A stretch of 63,087 nt of DNA, the filler included, from Octopus bimaculoides (Eukaryota): NCBI RefSeq assembly GCF_001194135.2. It is 8 parts of 8 records of this genome, joined end to end, with 100 filler letters (N's around TTAATTAATTAA, not from the genome) between each part and the next. Parts side by side here need not be neighbours in the genome. Positions count along the whole stretch, not along the records: positions 19,544 to 26,255 come from NC_069004.1; positions 26,356 to 29,149 come from NW_026331972.1; positions 29,250 to 52,473 come from NC_068981.1; 5 more parts are not named here. One strand, 5' to 3'. The notes beneath the pieces are model-generated. The model saw nothing but the letters and a program-made list of their open reading frames with translations. It was not told where the DNA came from and did not search any database. Positions 21,700 to 34,383 of the stretch are shown here, in pieces. Made by a program: the position numbers and the translations under genes. Each line of letters starts with the position of its first letter. Position 1 is the stretch's first letter.

Positions 21700-22265
21700 A
21701 GAAAATGATTTGGTTTATAGTACAGATCCATCAGGACTAATGGAAAAGTTAGGCATAAGTTACAGCCCTGATGAAGAATGGCGACTCTTTATTGACTCTT
21801 CAAAGAAATATATTAAAGCCATTGTGCTGTAATAAATATGCTTCCATCCATGTCGAACATTCAGTGATCATGAAGGAAGCATATAAAAATTTGGTGTCAC
21901 TCTTACAGAAGATTAAATTCAAAGATCACAACTGGAAGATTTGCGAAGACTTGAAAATAATTTGTATGTTGCTTAGACAACAGTTATGTTACTCAAAATT
22001 ACCTTTTTTTCTTGTGTGAATGGGAAAGTAGAGCCAGAGTCTCTATTAACGCTTATACGAAGGACAAAGAATATCGTTCGAGAAAGTTTGGTTCATCTGT
22101 AAATGGTTCTTTTTCCTCCTCTACAAATAAAACTTGGCCTCATGAAGCAATTCGTAAAAACTTTGCCACAAGATGAAGAGGGCTTCTAGTTTTTGTGTAC
22201 CTTGTTTTCTGCTCTATCAGACGCCAAGATGGAAGAGGATGTATTTGAAGGACCAGATACTCGTC
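21700..22265 (+). mobile_element. Decayed DNA transposase, Chapaev/CMC-like
   Basis: Frameshifted motifs EWRLFIDSSK, HNWKICEDLKII, FLCEWESRA, PPLQIKLGLMKQFVK, LSDAK...FEGP. Superfamily call is from memory of these motifs. Confidence 0.65.
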
Positions 22266-22289
22266 GAGGGTAAACATTTTGAAAACTGT

Positions 22290-22640
22290 CTTAGTTCACC
22301 GAAATGTAGAATGTACGATGATGCAGATCAGGTTTTGGCTTACATTGTACCAGAATGTTCACAGTTGGCTCAGAATACATACGAAAAATATAAACGTGAT
22401 TAAGATAGCTGCATCAGTACGTTGGAAATAAGTCATAACCATTTTGTGGTCATAGCCGTCGAAAACAAGGGAGTGTGATTGTTATGAAATGTTCCCATAC
22501 AAACTGAAAAAGAACAAAACACAACAGGCCGGATATAGTAGTCGTTGGTAAGAAGAAATCATGCATTGTAATAGTCGTGGCATTCCTACTTGACACCTGA
22601 GTAATAAAAAAAGGAAAAAGAAAAATGAAAACGTAAAATA
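22290..22640 (+). mobile_element. RLE-type LINE fragments
   Basis: CRMY...IVPECSQLAQ and an NRPDI-like remnant, similar to 20900-21250. Confidence 0.55.
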
Positions 22641-23569
22641 GCCAAGTGAGGGAACGGAGAATTGAACTATAGTCTTGATGTTGTTTATTATTATTGTGAC
22701 CTTGAGAATGGTGACATAAAAACTAGAGAACAAACCTTGAAAAACTTGATCTTAAATGGGAATATGTGTAGTATAGGAAACATGTTTACTACTTTTAGCA
22801 AGAATTGTCTGGAATGTTCTCAATGCAAAGTAAGAACAAATATTTTGTATTTTTAAATACAAAATGATTTTCGTCCCGCACCACGATAGAAAGGATTATA
22901 AAACTGAGCACAATACCAATTCTGTGGAACGAGGGAGCAGAATGCTGGTAATGATGGTGATAATTGTAGTGGTGATGATGATGATGATGACGATCCTTTG
23001 AAATTTTATTAAATTTCTTCCAACCACTCGAATTTATTTAAATTTCCACCGGATTATTTTCAAAATTAGTTTTGCATACTAATGACGAAAATCACAATAA
23101 TTTATTTCTAAAAATTAATAAAATGTTACAAGCATCTAAAATTGATTGTAAGTCGTGACTGCTTGTTTCCATAGGAACAGCATACACGAAACCTTTACAT
23201 GGTCTTTCAACCTGCTAGAAATAGCAACCAAGCTAACGATTGTGCCACCTCACCAACTGATTCTAATGCCAATAATTTTTTTAAAAAGGGCTTTTGTTGA
23301 ATCGAAGATGTAGTTGGGACTTTATTTTTCAAATTCTGAACGGGATTCATAAAGTTGGCTTTGCCGGTATTTGAACTCAGAATCTAAACAAAGCCGAAGC
23401 AAACAAGTATTTTCCGACGCTTTAACGGTTCTGCCACTCCAGATGGCAATGACATTGGTGAAAACAATTATTCACAAATTCTCACCGAATGATTAGGTGT
23501 GGTGGGAAAGGAAAAAGCACAACGATGTCACTAATTAAAAAGATACTACAACTGCTCTCACAAGTTTTA

Positions 23570-23775
23570 GCAATAGTGGTGGTGGTGGCGGTGGTGGCGG
23601 TGGTGGTGGTGGTGGCAGTGGTGGTGGTGGTGGGGGTCGTGGTGGTGGTCGTCGTTGTTGTTGTCGTGGTAAGGTTAATCGCAGTCGTTGTGGTGGTGGT
23701 ATTGTACGTGGCAGTAGAGGTGGCGGTAGTAGCGTGATCATGTAGATAGCAGCAGCAGCAGCAGTAGCAGTAGAT
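23570..23775. repeat. Compound (GTG)n/(GTT)n/(GCA)n trinucleotide repeat
   Basis: Directly visible; explains the poly-V, poly-T and poly-P ORFs. Confidence 0.9.
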
Positions 23776-24509
23776 AACGAGTAAACAGATCCGGTAATTA
23801 ATGATAAAATTGGTCGCAAGTTGCGTATAAACTGTTTCAAGTTGTATAGAAATCATTTCAAGCTATTCTCTATTACAGAATATCTTTCTCTCGTCTGTTA
23901 TCAATCTTATATATTGCTCTTATATACGATATCATCATGGACAGCAAATGAGGGATCAGGTGGCTTGATTTCTATCCTGAGATTTCACCAGTGATTGAGT
24001 ATTCTGTTTTACTGTCCACAAACACACGGCTTCTAAACCCATTAATTATTACGATTTAAAAGCATTTTTTGCATATGTAACATATTCTTGACAATCGGTT
24101 CCATTAATAAGCTTACTTTTATAACTAATTAGTTAATCGGATTAACTCAAGACATTAGCAGTTGTGTGTTTATAAGCTGATATAGATGTCTCTGAGTTAG
24201 CCAGGTGGATACATGAATAGCAGAGGCGGAAGGACAGAGAAGCGTGTTATACCGCAAAATAGAAGAACTTGGACATTCTCTGGTTCCGTTAATGGTACTC
24301 AACATTCGATAGAGCGATGCAGTTCGAAAACTGCCAAAACCGCTGTGAGCTTCAGTTGATAACTCATGAAGCGAGTATTCGAGAAGATCACGGAACACAT
24401 ATGTAAGAGGGCATTTTCTCGTGCAAATTCAATCAAGTGCGACTCGAATCTGGTCAACCGCAAATATTACTTAACTTTTCACATGAAATCATATATAGGT
24501 AGCTAGCTT

Positions 24510-24559
<50 letters not shown>

Positions 24560-24593
24560 GTGTCTGCTTGTCTGTCGATCTACCTATCTTTCA

Positions 24594-24625
<32 letters not shown>

Positions 24626-24646
24626 GTTTTCTGCTTCTCTGTGTGA

Positions 24647-24687
<41 letters not shown>

Positions 24688-24754
24688 GTAGTATATTGCC
24701 ACTTAAGTGTGGCTGACCCCTAGGGGTGGATGTTACTGTTGCTTTTAGCCCCAG

Positions 24755-24808
<54 letters not shown>

Positions 24809-25199
24809 ATGTATGTATATATTGTTTGTTTTAATGTTTAATTATAATCAGTGATTCTCGACCGTTTTTTTTGGTTATGCCCCCGCCTGGATTCTTATTT
24901 CACTCGTATGACCTCCAATAGCCATTCGATGTTTTTTTTTTAAAGAACACAGGATCAAGTCAAACCGATTCGCAGAATATGCACTTTTTAAAAAGAAGTA
25001 AAAAATCTGAAAATTGGCTATCAGTATTATTGCTATGAAAGTATGATATTGCAGAGACAAAAATTGGAGTTTTATATGCCTCCTTTTTTCAGGAATAGCT
25101 TTAAGTATTGTTGAACAATCAACGGCGTTGGAGAGTATAAAGATTAAAGTTTCAGTTGAGCAAAAGTTTGCTGACTTGAAACACTGAAAGCCATTGGAA

Positions 25200-25800
25200 A
25201 ACAAATACCTATATCACGACGATTTGCGCCGGATATCAAATTGCTGACATTATGACTGCTGCTCGATACACTGTGAACGCTGCAAAGGTTGTAAGACGTG
25301 ACGTGGACATCATGGAAACCAAGTTGCCCCAAACTCTGATGGTCTTTGGGTGTGTCTCCTGTGATGGTGACGTCATGCTGTTCCATATCTTTGAAAAAGG
25401 CCAAAGGCTTACTTCAGATGGTTACGTGACGATACTGGAGACTGCATTGAAACCCTGACTGGGGATTCTTACTGCTGGAAGGCCACGTTTGGCAGCAGAA
25501 TTCGGATCTAACCATACCTTGAGAAAGAGTCAGAAATGTTTTTTGGAGATTTATCAGGTCCGTTTTCATGCCGCCTAATTTTCCCGATCGTAATCCGATG
25601 GATTACTATGCGTGGGGCATTTAAAAACGATACCAACTGCTGTGTTTGCAACACCAAGGCCGAGTCGGTTGCGAAAATCAAGGAGGTGTTCGAAGATCTT
25701 CCCGGCGACACAATGAGGAACGCATGCGCCAGGTTCCGGAACCGTCTCGAGGTTGAGTGTGGTAACTTTGAGTAAACTGCTATCTCTTAGCCATAATCCA
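25200..25800 (+). mobile_element. Decayed Tc1/mariner (maT/DD37D-like) transposase
   Basis: TKLPQTLMVFGCVSCDGDVM...ILETALKP*, PDRNPMDYY, NACARFRNRLE...GNFE*. Confidence 0.82.
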
Positions 25801-26193
25801 ATTGATATCTGTTGCTCTTTTAAAATGCCCTTAGTTTAGGTTAGGATAATGTGGTTTTCTATACCTTGTATGCAAACTTTAACCTGAACACTCTTTATAT
25901 GTCGATCATATTACAATCAAAACTTCTTGAACCGTTTACATAATTTGACTGTGGCTCTGACAGCTTGGAGCTATAATCTTTTAGTAAGAGAAGTTCTTTC
26001 TGGTTTTATGAAGCCTATCCTCTCAAAGTTGGTAGTGAGACGGTTAGTCACGTAGCCAAGTGCACCAATAATCGTGCCGATGGCTTAACAGATGTTAGAA
26101 TACATCGCTGTGTATGTATATATGTATGTATATATGTATGTATGTGTTTGCATGTGGAGAAAGAAAGGGGGGATGAGCAAGGGAGAGAAGGAG

Positions 26194-26255
<62 letters not shown>

Positions 26256-26355
26256 NNNNNNNNNNNNNNNNNNNNNNNNNNNNNNNNNNNNNNNNNNNNT
26301 TAATTAATTAANNNNNNNNNNNNNNNNNNNNNNNNNNNNNNNNNNNNNNNNNNNN

Positions 26356-26810
26356 CCCCCCACAAAAAAAGGTCAGCTGGAAGGACTCTCTTGCACTCCA
26401 AAGACAAACTAAGAAACAATCTGCCGTGATGCAACATCGCCTTTTCTTCCTTAGAGAACAAAGCACCAGAGCACAGGACCTGGGGCAAGTCCTGCTTCTC
26501 CTCAGCTGAAAGATTTGAGCAAAGGTAACTCCAACACCGAGAACAACTTCATGCAAGCATGAAGGAACGCTGACAAAATGCTGCTTCCATAAATGGAAAC
26601 CTTTGCCTGTCATTGTGGTTTTGTGGTAAGAAGCAAAGCAGGCCTTGCCGTCCACTCAAAAAAAGAAAAGTAAATAATCCACAAGCACTCGAGCAAACTG
26701 AGTCCTCAACTTGTTCCATTTGCCAAAAGGTTTGCAAGGCATCAGCGGGCCCCTCAAGAGACACATTCGGGTCCATAGAACATGATTAAACGCTTTATTT
26801 TACTGATCCT
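26356..26810 (+). mobile_element. RTE-clade LINE 3' end with C-terminal C2H2 fingers
   Basis: CGFVVRSKAGLAVH and CSICQKVCKA...KRHIRVH*, frameshifted. Confidence 0.75.
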
Positions 26811-26840
26811 TCATCTGTCGTTGAAGACAAGAGAATCCAA

Positions 26841-26890
<50 letters not shown>

Positions 26891-27039
26891 TCTCTCACAC
26901 ACACACAAACACAAACANNNNNNNNNNACACTCTCTCACACACACACAAACACAAACACGCCTACACACATACACACATACGCACAAACATATATACATA
27001 CACATATATATACATACATACATACATATGCCTACAGGG

Positions 27040-27210
27040 AACTAAACATAGAGGGGACAAACAAAGGGATTAAGTTAATTACATCGACCACAGTGCGTAA
27101 CTGGTACTTATTTAATCGACCTCCGAAAGGATGAAAGGCAAAGTCGACCTCGGCTACCGCTAAGCATTTCGCCCGGCGTGCTAACGTTTCTGCCAGCTCG
27201 CCGCCCTCGT
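27040..27210 (+). mobile_element. SINE/LINE-tail repeat (family D); other copies at about 23340-23440, 50225-50370, 51415-51625, 53155-53320, 56755-56885
   Basis: Shared block CTGGTACTTATTT.ATCGACC.CGAAAGGATGAAAGGCAAAGTCGACCTCGG. Confidence 0.75.
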
Positions 27211-28344
27211 ATATAACAAGCAAATTATATAGCAATGAACATAATTAGAAATATCCACACCTGGACATTAGACTAGCGCTATAGTGTAACGAACAGATTT
27301 TCACGTTGTTTGCTTGGCTGGAGGGATTGATTTCGCTTGGCTGAGTTTAGCTGGAATATTTTTGATGTAAAAAACGATTTTCATAATTCCATGTCACCAA
27401 AAAAAAAAAAAAAATTTCGGATAGCCCGCCCCCACCACCATGTCATCGAGGCACCGACTTGAAGAATTTTTAGTTGAATGAATTGATGAACAGATCCTAG
27501 TACTTATTCAATCGGTTTCTTAGGCTGAACCGCTAAGATGACGATGATGTTGGTGATGATGATGGGCGCTAATGTAAAATGACACGGGTGGAGTAGATAT
27601 ATACTACTTGGTGATTGGTGGTGGCGGNNNNNNNNNNNNNNNNNNNNNNNNNNNNNNNNNNNNNNNNNNNNNNNNNNNNNNNNNNNNNNNNNNNNNNNNN
27701 NNNNNNNNNNNNNNNNNNNNNNNNNNNNNNNNNNNNNNNNNNNNNNNNNNNNNNNNNNNNNNNNNNNNNNNNNNNNNNNNNNNNNNNNNNNNNNNNNNNN
27801 NNNNNNNNNNNNNNNNNNNNNNNNNNNNNNNNNNNNNNNNNNNNNNNNNNNNNNNNNNNNNNNNNNNNNNNNNNNNNNNNNNNNNNNNNNNNNNNNNNNN
27901 NNNNNNNNNNNNNNNNNNNNNNNNNNNNNNNNNNNNNNNNNNNNNNNNNNNNNNNNNNNNNNNNNNNNNNNNNNNNNNNNNNNNNNNNNNNNNNNNNNNN
28001 NNNNNNNNNNNNNNNNNNNNNNNNNNNNNNNNNNNNNNNNNNNNNNNNNNNNNNNNNNNNNNNNNNNNNNNNNNNNNNNNNNNNNNNNNNNNNNNNNNNN
28101 NNNNNNNNNNNNNNNNNNNNNNNNNNNNNNNNNNNNNNNNNNNNNNNNNNNNNNNNNNNNNNNNNNNNNNNNNNNNNNNNNNNNNNNNNNNNNNNNNNNN
28201 NNNNNNNNNNNNNNNNNNNNNNNNNNNNNNNNNNNNNNNNNNNNNNNNNNNNNNNNNNNNNNNNNNNNNNNNNNNNNNNNNNNNNNNNNNNNNNNNNNNN
28301 NNNNNNNNNNNNNNNNNNNNNNNNNNATATATATATATATATAC

Positions 28345-28545
28345 ATTTGGGAGAATTTACGAAAAAAACAACAGACGAGCGCAGGTGGTGTAAACAACGA
28401 AAGGATGTATTAGTTTAACGCTCGGGAATAGAGAAAGTCTTTAACGTTTCGAGCTTCGCTCTTCAACAGAAAGAATAAGGAGAAAAACATGGAGAAAAAC
28501 ACGGAGAAAAAAATTTGAATGTTGTGGTCAGCGATCTATCACACA
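28345..28545 (-). mobile_element. Penelope-like repeat fragment, same family as 2160-2365
   Basis: About 200 bp of reverse-complement similarity to 2160-2365. Confidence 0.7.
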
Positions 28546-28768
28546 CATATATATAATTCAGGTTTGATCTAAACTTCTTTTAATAGGAATTAAATTAATT
28601 CAAAGCTATCCACAATGATACAAATTAATCTAGAAAGAAAGAAACTTTAAAATGTAAATGTCTATACTTATCGCAAATGCTGAGAAAAAAACCTTTAATG
28701 TGATCACGTTAAGAATGAGATAATACTTTCTTTCCAACCTAATCTACATGCATATATATAAATACACG

Positions 28769-28824
<56 letters not shown>

Positions 28825-28883
28825 CGAGGTGTTGAAAAGTTCCTGGCTTAAGGGTGTCGCGAAAAGCCTANNNNNNNNNNCAT

Positions 28884-29107
28884 ATATATATACGAGGTGT
28901 TGAAAAGTTCCTGGCTTAAGGGTGTCGCGAAAAGCCTAGGTAGAGGCCCAACCTTCCGAGTTCTTTTACAGGGCTTCGAAAAACTGAAGGACCGCTGCCA
29001 TTATTGTGTGAATCTGAGAGGGGAATATATTGGATAAAATCATAATTAACTGTCCCCCTGTATATCCTTTTACCCAAAGCCAGGAACTTTTCAGCACCTC
29101 TTCGCTT
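28884..29107 (+). mobile_element. Mariner deletion derivative (MITE)
   Basis: TIRs and the C-terminus LLQGFEKLKDRCHYCVNLRGEYIG*; its start is duplicated at 28823-28870 across a 10-N gap. Confidence 0.82.
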
Positions 29108-29249
29108 ATACATACATACATATGTATATATTGTAAATCCCCACAAAAANNNNNNNNNNNNNNNNNNNNNNNNNNNNNNNNNNNNNNNNNNNNTTAATTA
29201 ATTAANNNNNNNNNNNNNNNNNNNNNNNNNNNNNNNNNNNNNNNNNNNN

Positions 29250-29560
29250 ACTATGGAATAACAACAGAAAAGAGATGGTATAAACACACGCCAGAAAAGG
29301 TCACAGAAAACGAGAAAGCAACCATACTCTGGGATAAGCCAATACACACAGATAGAGAAATTAAGGCAAATAGACCAGATATAGTTGTCAAAGAAATAGA
29401 CAGAGAAAAATCCCAGCAATGGCTGAGAAGCTCAGGACTCAAAGCAGAGACTGAAAGATTTTTAATTGCTGCACAAGACCAGAGCCTCCCCACCAGAAAT
29501 TACCAAAAGCACATAATGAAAAGAAATATAACAAGTAACTGTAGAATATGCTGGGATTTT
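29250..29560 (+). mobile_element. RLE-type LINE fragments
   Basis: TILWDKPIHTDREIKANRPDIVVK and QWLRSSGLKAETERFLIAAQDQSLPTRNY. Confidence 0.85.
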
Positions 29561-29894
29561 TCTCTGTGTTAGGTAGATTGATTTCTTGTTTGTATTTGTC
29601 AGCTTCCTTAAATACTGAAAACAGTTTTTTGTTTTGCTCGTGTTTTGTGGCTATTTGTATTAGTTTCCCTTGCTTATTATTATTATGATGGTTCATGTAT
29701 AAGATAAGAATTGATTGCATATCGCAATTCTAGAAAAACAGGTTATTCTCAAAAAAAAACAGAGGCAGTTTTTTAGGAGCTTAGGAGAGGGTACAGGATA
29801 TAATATACCTCCTGAAGTAGAAGAAACCCGCCAATTTTGGAATAACATCTAGGGTCATCACCTGGGGACTCCACGACAGGACCATGTACGCATA

Positions 29895-30310
29895 ACAACG
29901 GGAGATGTTATTGCAAAGGTATCAAAACTGCCAAACTATGCAAAGTTGCAGAAAGTGTATAGAGAAGTCCGAAAGGGTCGCATACAAGAAGAGTACGAAT
30001 GGTTCAGACGTTCCCAAGATGGCCGAAAAGATGTCGATATTGGCGAACGTTCGGGGAGACCCACAACCAACAGAACTGAGAAAAACATCGCTGATGTGCG
30101 TGCAGCTCTGAGGGGAGATCGTTGAATCACCATCCGTGAGTTATCAGAGGATGTGCAGATTAGTTAAGGTTCAGTTCAGTCCATTATCACCAAAGATTTG
30201 GGTTGAAACGCGTGTCTACCAAGTTTGTGCCAAAACTGCTTTCAGCTGAGCGAAAAGACACTTGGGTCTCAAGTGCACAAGATCTCCTTGGTTGGGTCGA
30301 GAACGGTGAA
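29895..30310 (+). mobile_element. Mariner transposase N-terminal (HTH) pseudogene fragment
   Basis: EWFRRSQDGRKDV...ERSGRP...ITIRELSEDV...IITKDLG*KRVSTKFVPKLL with in-frame stops. Confidence 0.88.
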
Positions 30311-30374
30311 AACCTTTTTAAAACATAGATATACATATATGAGTGTGTGCGTGTGTGAGTGTGTGTTGGCCTCT

Positions 30375-30560
30375 CAGCAAGTATTGCCAAGCATTTGGCA
30401 AAGTTTGATGCATATTCTCTGCTCAACTTTCTCTGTCATAGTCAATGCGACGAGCACACGCTACACACCTTCCTTCCAAGCACTGCTATAAACAGCGGAA
30501 ATGAGCTAGAACTATAAAAATTAGTACGCACGCACAGCAGAGTTCAAGATCAATCTGTGC
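30375..30560 (-). mobile_element. Mariner 5' region and transposase start
   Basis: Minus strand reads MTEKVEQRICIKLCQMLGNTC*. Confidence 0.75.
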
Positions 30561-31004
30561 CAAGCAGCTTCACGCTGCGTGCTTTAGCTTCGATACCATG
30601 GCAACATTCCGGATGCCTATTGATCTGACCGTGTACGCGTAAAAATATATTTATAACACGAACGGTAAACATACTGCAAATGAATTCATAAAATAAAATA
30701 CTCGATACGAACGTACAGTAAGAAATAGATATTAATACAATACATGTATGAAGGGACACACTTTTAACAATAGTCTCACGTTACGATTAAAAAGCCCAAT
30801 CAATTATCGGAGAATACAAGATCAACGTTCTTCATTGCACGGCTGTTAGCTTAGAGTTGGTGTAACTTCCGTGGAATATTGCTGTCGTTCTATCGTTCGA
30901 TGACAGATTGTGTATTTATTATTATCAAGAATGTTATTAGCAATGATGTATTAGTTCATCGATGGACGGATGGATTTATATATATATATATATATATGTA
31001 TTCT

Positions 31005-31248
31005 TTTACTCTTTTACTTGTTTAGTCGAGCAGATCAACACCAGGACTTGTTCTTTATGAGCCTAGTAATTATTCTATCAGTCTCTATTGCCGAACCGTT
31101 AAGTCACGGGGACGTAAACATACCAACACCGGTTGTCAAGCGGTGATGTGGGGGACAAACATAGACACACACGCGCACTCATACACGCACGCACGCAAAC
31201 ATACACATACACGTGCGCGCAAATACATATATATACGACGGACTTCTC

Positions 31249-31260
<12 letters not shown>
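31005..31260 (-). mobile_element. SINE family A, 3' half
   Basis: Matches the tail of 7105-7400. Confidence 0.75.
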
Positions 31261-31279
<19 letters not shown>

Positions 31280-31736
31280 AACACACACACACACACACAC
31301 GGATATATGTATATCTGTGTTATAATGTTTGAAGAAGTGCGGGATTGTGTCCAGTTTATATTTTTCCTCACGTTATTAAAAATGTCATATTTCTTTGAAG
31401 AAATTACAAATGAATATTAAAAATGTTTTAAACTATAAAGTTTATTTGTGTATTAAAAATGAATTATAATGCTTAATATTACAGGATTCGCTTCTGTTTT
31501 AAAACTTCCGTTTGAATTCCATATGTAAACAAATAGCTTTTCTTCTCGTTCGTAAAAAATGTAATAAAGCGAAAAAAAACCAACAAAATAAGTGAGTAAA
31601 TTATTTTTAAAAGTATTACGTTGGCCAAAAACAATAATCCCTGTTTCATAGAATTAAGTTTTCAAATTGTGTTAGACTGCGGACATGCTGGAGTACCACC
31701 TTGAAATTATTTAGTCAATAATATCATCTCCGAATA

Positions 31737-31830
31737 CAATTCTTCGCACATGGTCAGATGTATGTTGCATTATCAAGAGCGTCAAGAAAAGAAAATATAA
31801 AAATATTAACCCAGATAAACGAAAGGGGTC
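31737..31830 (+). mobile_element. Helitron (PIF1-type) helicase C-terminal remnant
   Basis: QFFAHGQMYVALSRASRKENIKIL matches the HGQLYVALSR motif. Confidence 0.75.
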
Positions 31831-32880
31831 CATTCGCTGACAGTTGTGTCTGCATAAAAATTCTACAGTGATGTAGGACATTCATTACTCTGTTTTAATT
31901 GAAATGTATTTAAGTTTCTTTTTTAATCATTTGGAAAAGGACACTAGAAACACTTAAGCCGTTTATAAGTGAATAGAATGAAAGAACAATATAGCAAAAC
32001 TCAACTCCTCAAATTGGTAAATGTAATTCCTTAATTCCCACCAGAGCATCTATTTTCAAATTCACTCGAGTGAAGATTCATGAACATTTTCCCTTGACAG
32101 TCTCATCGCTTTCCCAATTTTCATTATCGTCTTTTTTAAATGTATCATGGATTATTTTACTGATTACAGAATAAACTATAACAGAGTCTTTGTTCAATTC
32201 ATGAGCATATTGTCAATTTACTCTATATAATTTATGTATTATATCTATATGTATATTTAATATCAATATGCGGAACGCATATGCCACCAGAGAACCGCCC
32301 GGAGGGCGGTTTTTCTGCTACTGTATATAATATATAATATATCATATATATATATNNNNNNNNNNNNNNNNNNNNNNNNNNNNNNNNNNNNNNNNNNNNN
32401 NNNNNNNNNNNNNNNNNNNNNNNNNNNNNNNNNNNNNNNNNNNNNNNNNNNNNNNNNNNNNNNNNNNNNNNNNNNNNNNNNNNNNNNNNNNNNNNNNNNN
32501 NNNNNNNNNNNNNNNNNNNNNNNNNNNNNNNNNNNNNNNNNNNNNNNNNNNNNNNNNNNNNNNNNNNNNNNNNNNNNNNNNNNNNNNNNNNNNNNNNNNN
32601 NNNNNNNNNNNNNNNNNNNNNNNNNNNNNNNNNNNNNNNNNNNNNNNNNNNNNNNNNNNNNNNNNNNNNNNNNNNNNNNNNNNNNNNNNNNNNNNNNNNN
32701 NNNNNNNNNNNNNNNNNNNNNNNNNNNNNNNNNNNNNNNNNNNNNNNNNNNNNNNNNNNNNNNNNNNNNNNNNNNNNNNNNGGTACGAGTAAGGAGTTCA
32801 ACGTTGGTCGTGTATTAGCATGCATATATATAAATTGACAGAATGAGATAAAAAAAAATCCAAGGCTGTAAATAGTTTTC

Positions 32881-33085
32881 AGAACATTTATAAAGAAAAA
32901 TGTCTTACAGCTGTTTCCGGGATATTTTATATATTCCTTCATCAGAGACGATGCAACGAAATGTTTGATTTCATATCTTCTCAACAATAACTAATATTCA
33001 AACATTTTCTCTTGCCGTTTCTGATGAAGGGATATATAAAATATCCCGGAAACAGCTGTAAGACATTTTTCTTTATAAATGTTCT
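32881..33085. repeat. About 205-bp inverted repeat with a hammerhead-like motif in each arm (Penelope-like)
   Basis: Arms 32881-32950 and 33016-33085 are near-perfect reverse complements. Confidence 0.85.
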
Positions 33086-33443
33086 ATGACCACAGCACCC
33101 CTAACATCTGGCCACCTAACTCCCCAGACTAGATTATTATGTGTGGGGCACAGATGAGCGAGAGACCAACAAAACTCCTTGTAACAGGAAATATGAAATG
33201 AAGGCAGGGATTATGGTACCACAGACTAACTTAAGCAAAGAGACCGTCCAGAAGAACTGCAGGAGATTCCGAAGTCGTTTGGAGGCCGTAGTTGAAGCAA
33301 ATGGCGATTTTATTGAATAAATTTACTCTTCATTATTTCAAGATAATTTTGATGTAATTTTATTAAATATATCTGTTAAAATGAAATGTCAGTGTTATTT
33401 TTTTATTTGCGTAATTTAGACGACAATTTATTCACCGCACTGT
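33086..33443 (+). mobile_element. 3' end of a maT/DD37D-like Tc1/mariner element
   Basis: IWPPNSPD...YYVWG and KETVQKNCRRFRSRLEAVVEANGDFIE*; TIR-like end at 33420-33443. Confidence 0.85.
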
Positions 33444-33450
33444 GTGTGTG

Positions 33451-33523
<73 letters not shown>

Positions 33524-34348
33524 GTATATATATGTATATATATATATAATTATATGTATATATATATATATAATTATATATNNNNNNNNNNNNNNNNNNN
33601 NNNNNNNNNNNNNNNNNNNNNNNNNNNNNNNNNNNNNNNNNNNNNNNNNNNNNNNNNNNNNNNNNNNNNNNNNNNNNNNNNNNNNNNNNNNNNNNNNNNN
33701 NNNNNNNNNNNNNNNNNNNNNNNNNNNNNNNNNNNNNNNNNNNNNNNNNNNNNNNNNNNNNNNNNNNNNNNNNNNNNNNNNNNNNNNNNNNNNNNNNNNN
33801 NNNNNNNNNNNNNNNNNNNNNNNNNNNNNNNNNNNNNNNNNNNNNNNNNNNNNNNNNNNNNNNNNNNNNNNNNNNNNNNNNNNNNNNNNNNNNNNNNNNN
33901 NNNNNNNNNNNNNNNNNNNNNNNNNNNNNNNNNNNNNNNNNNNNNNNNNNNNNNNNNNNNNNNNNNNNNNNNNNNNNNNNNNNNNNNNNNNNNNNNNNNN
34001 NNNNNNNNNNNNNNNNNNNNNNNNNNNNNNNNNNNNNNNNNNNNNNNNNNNNNNNNNNNNNNNNNNNNNNNNNNNNNNNNNNNNNNNNNNNNNNNNNNNN
34101 NNNNNNNNNNNNNNNNNNNNNNNNNNNNNNNNNNNNNNNNNNNNNNNNNNNNNNNNNNNNNNNNNNNNNNNNNNNNNNNNNNNNNNNNNNNNNNNNNNNN
34201 NNNNNNNNNNNNNNNNNNNNNNNNNNNNNNNNNNNNNNNNNNNNNNNNNNNNNNNNNNNNNNNNNNNNNNNNNNNNNNNNNNNNNNNNNNNNNNNNNNNN
34301 NNNNNNNNNNNNNNNNNNNNNNNNNNNNNNNNNNNNNNNNNNNNNNNN

Positions 34349-34383
<35 letters not shown>

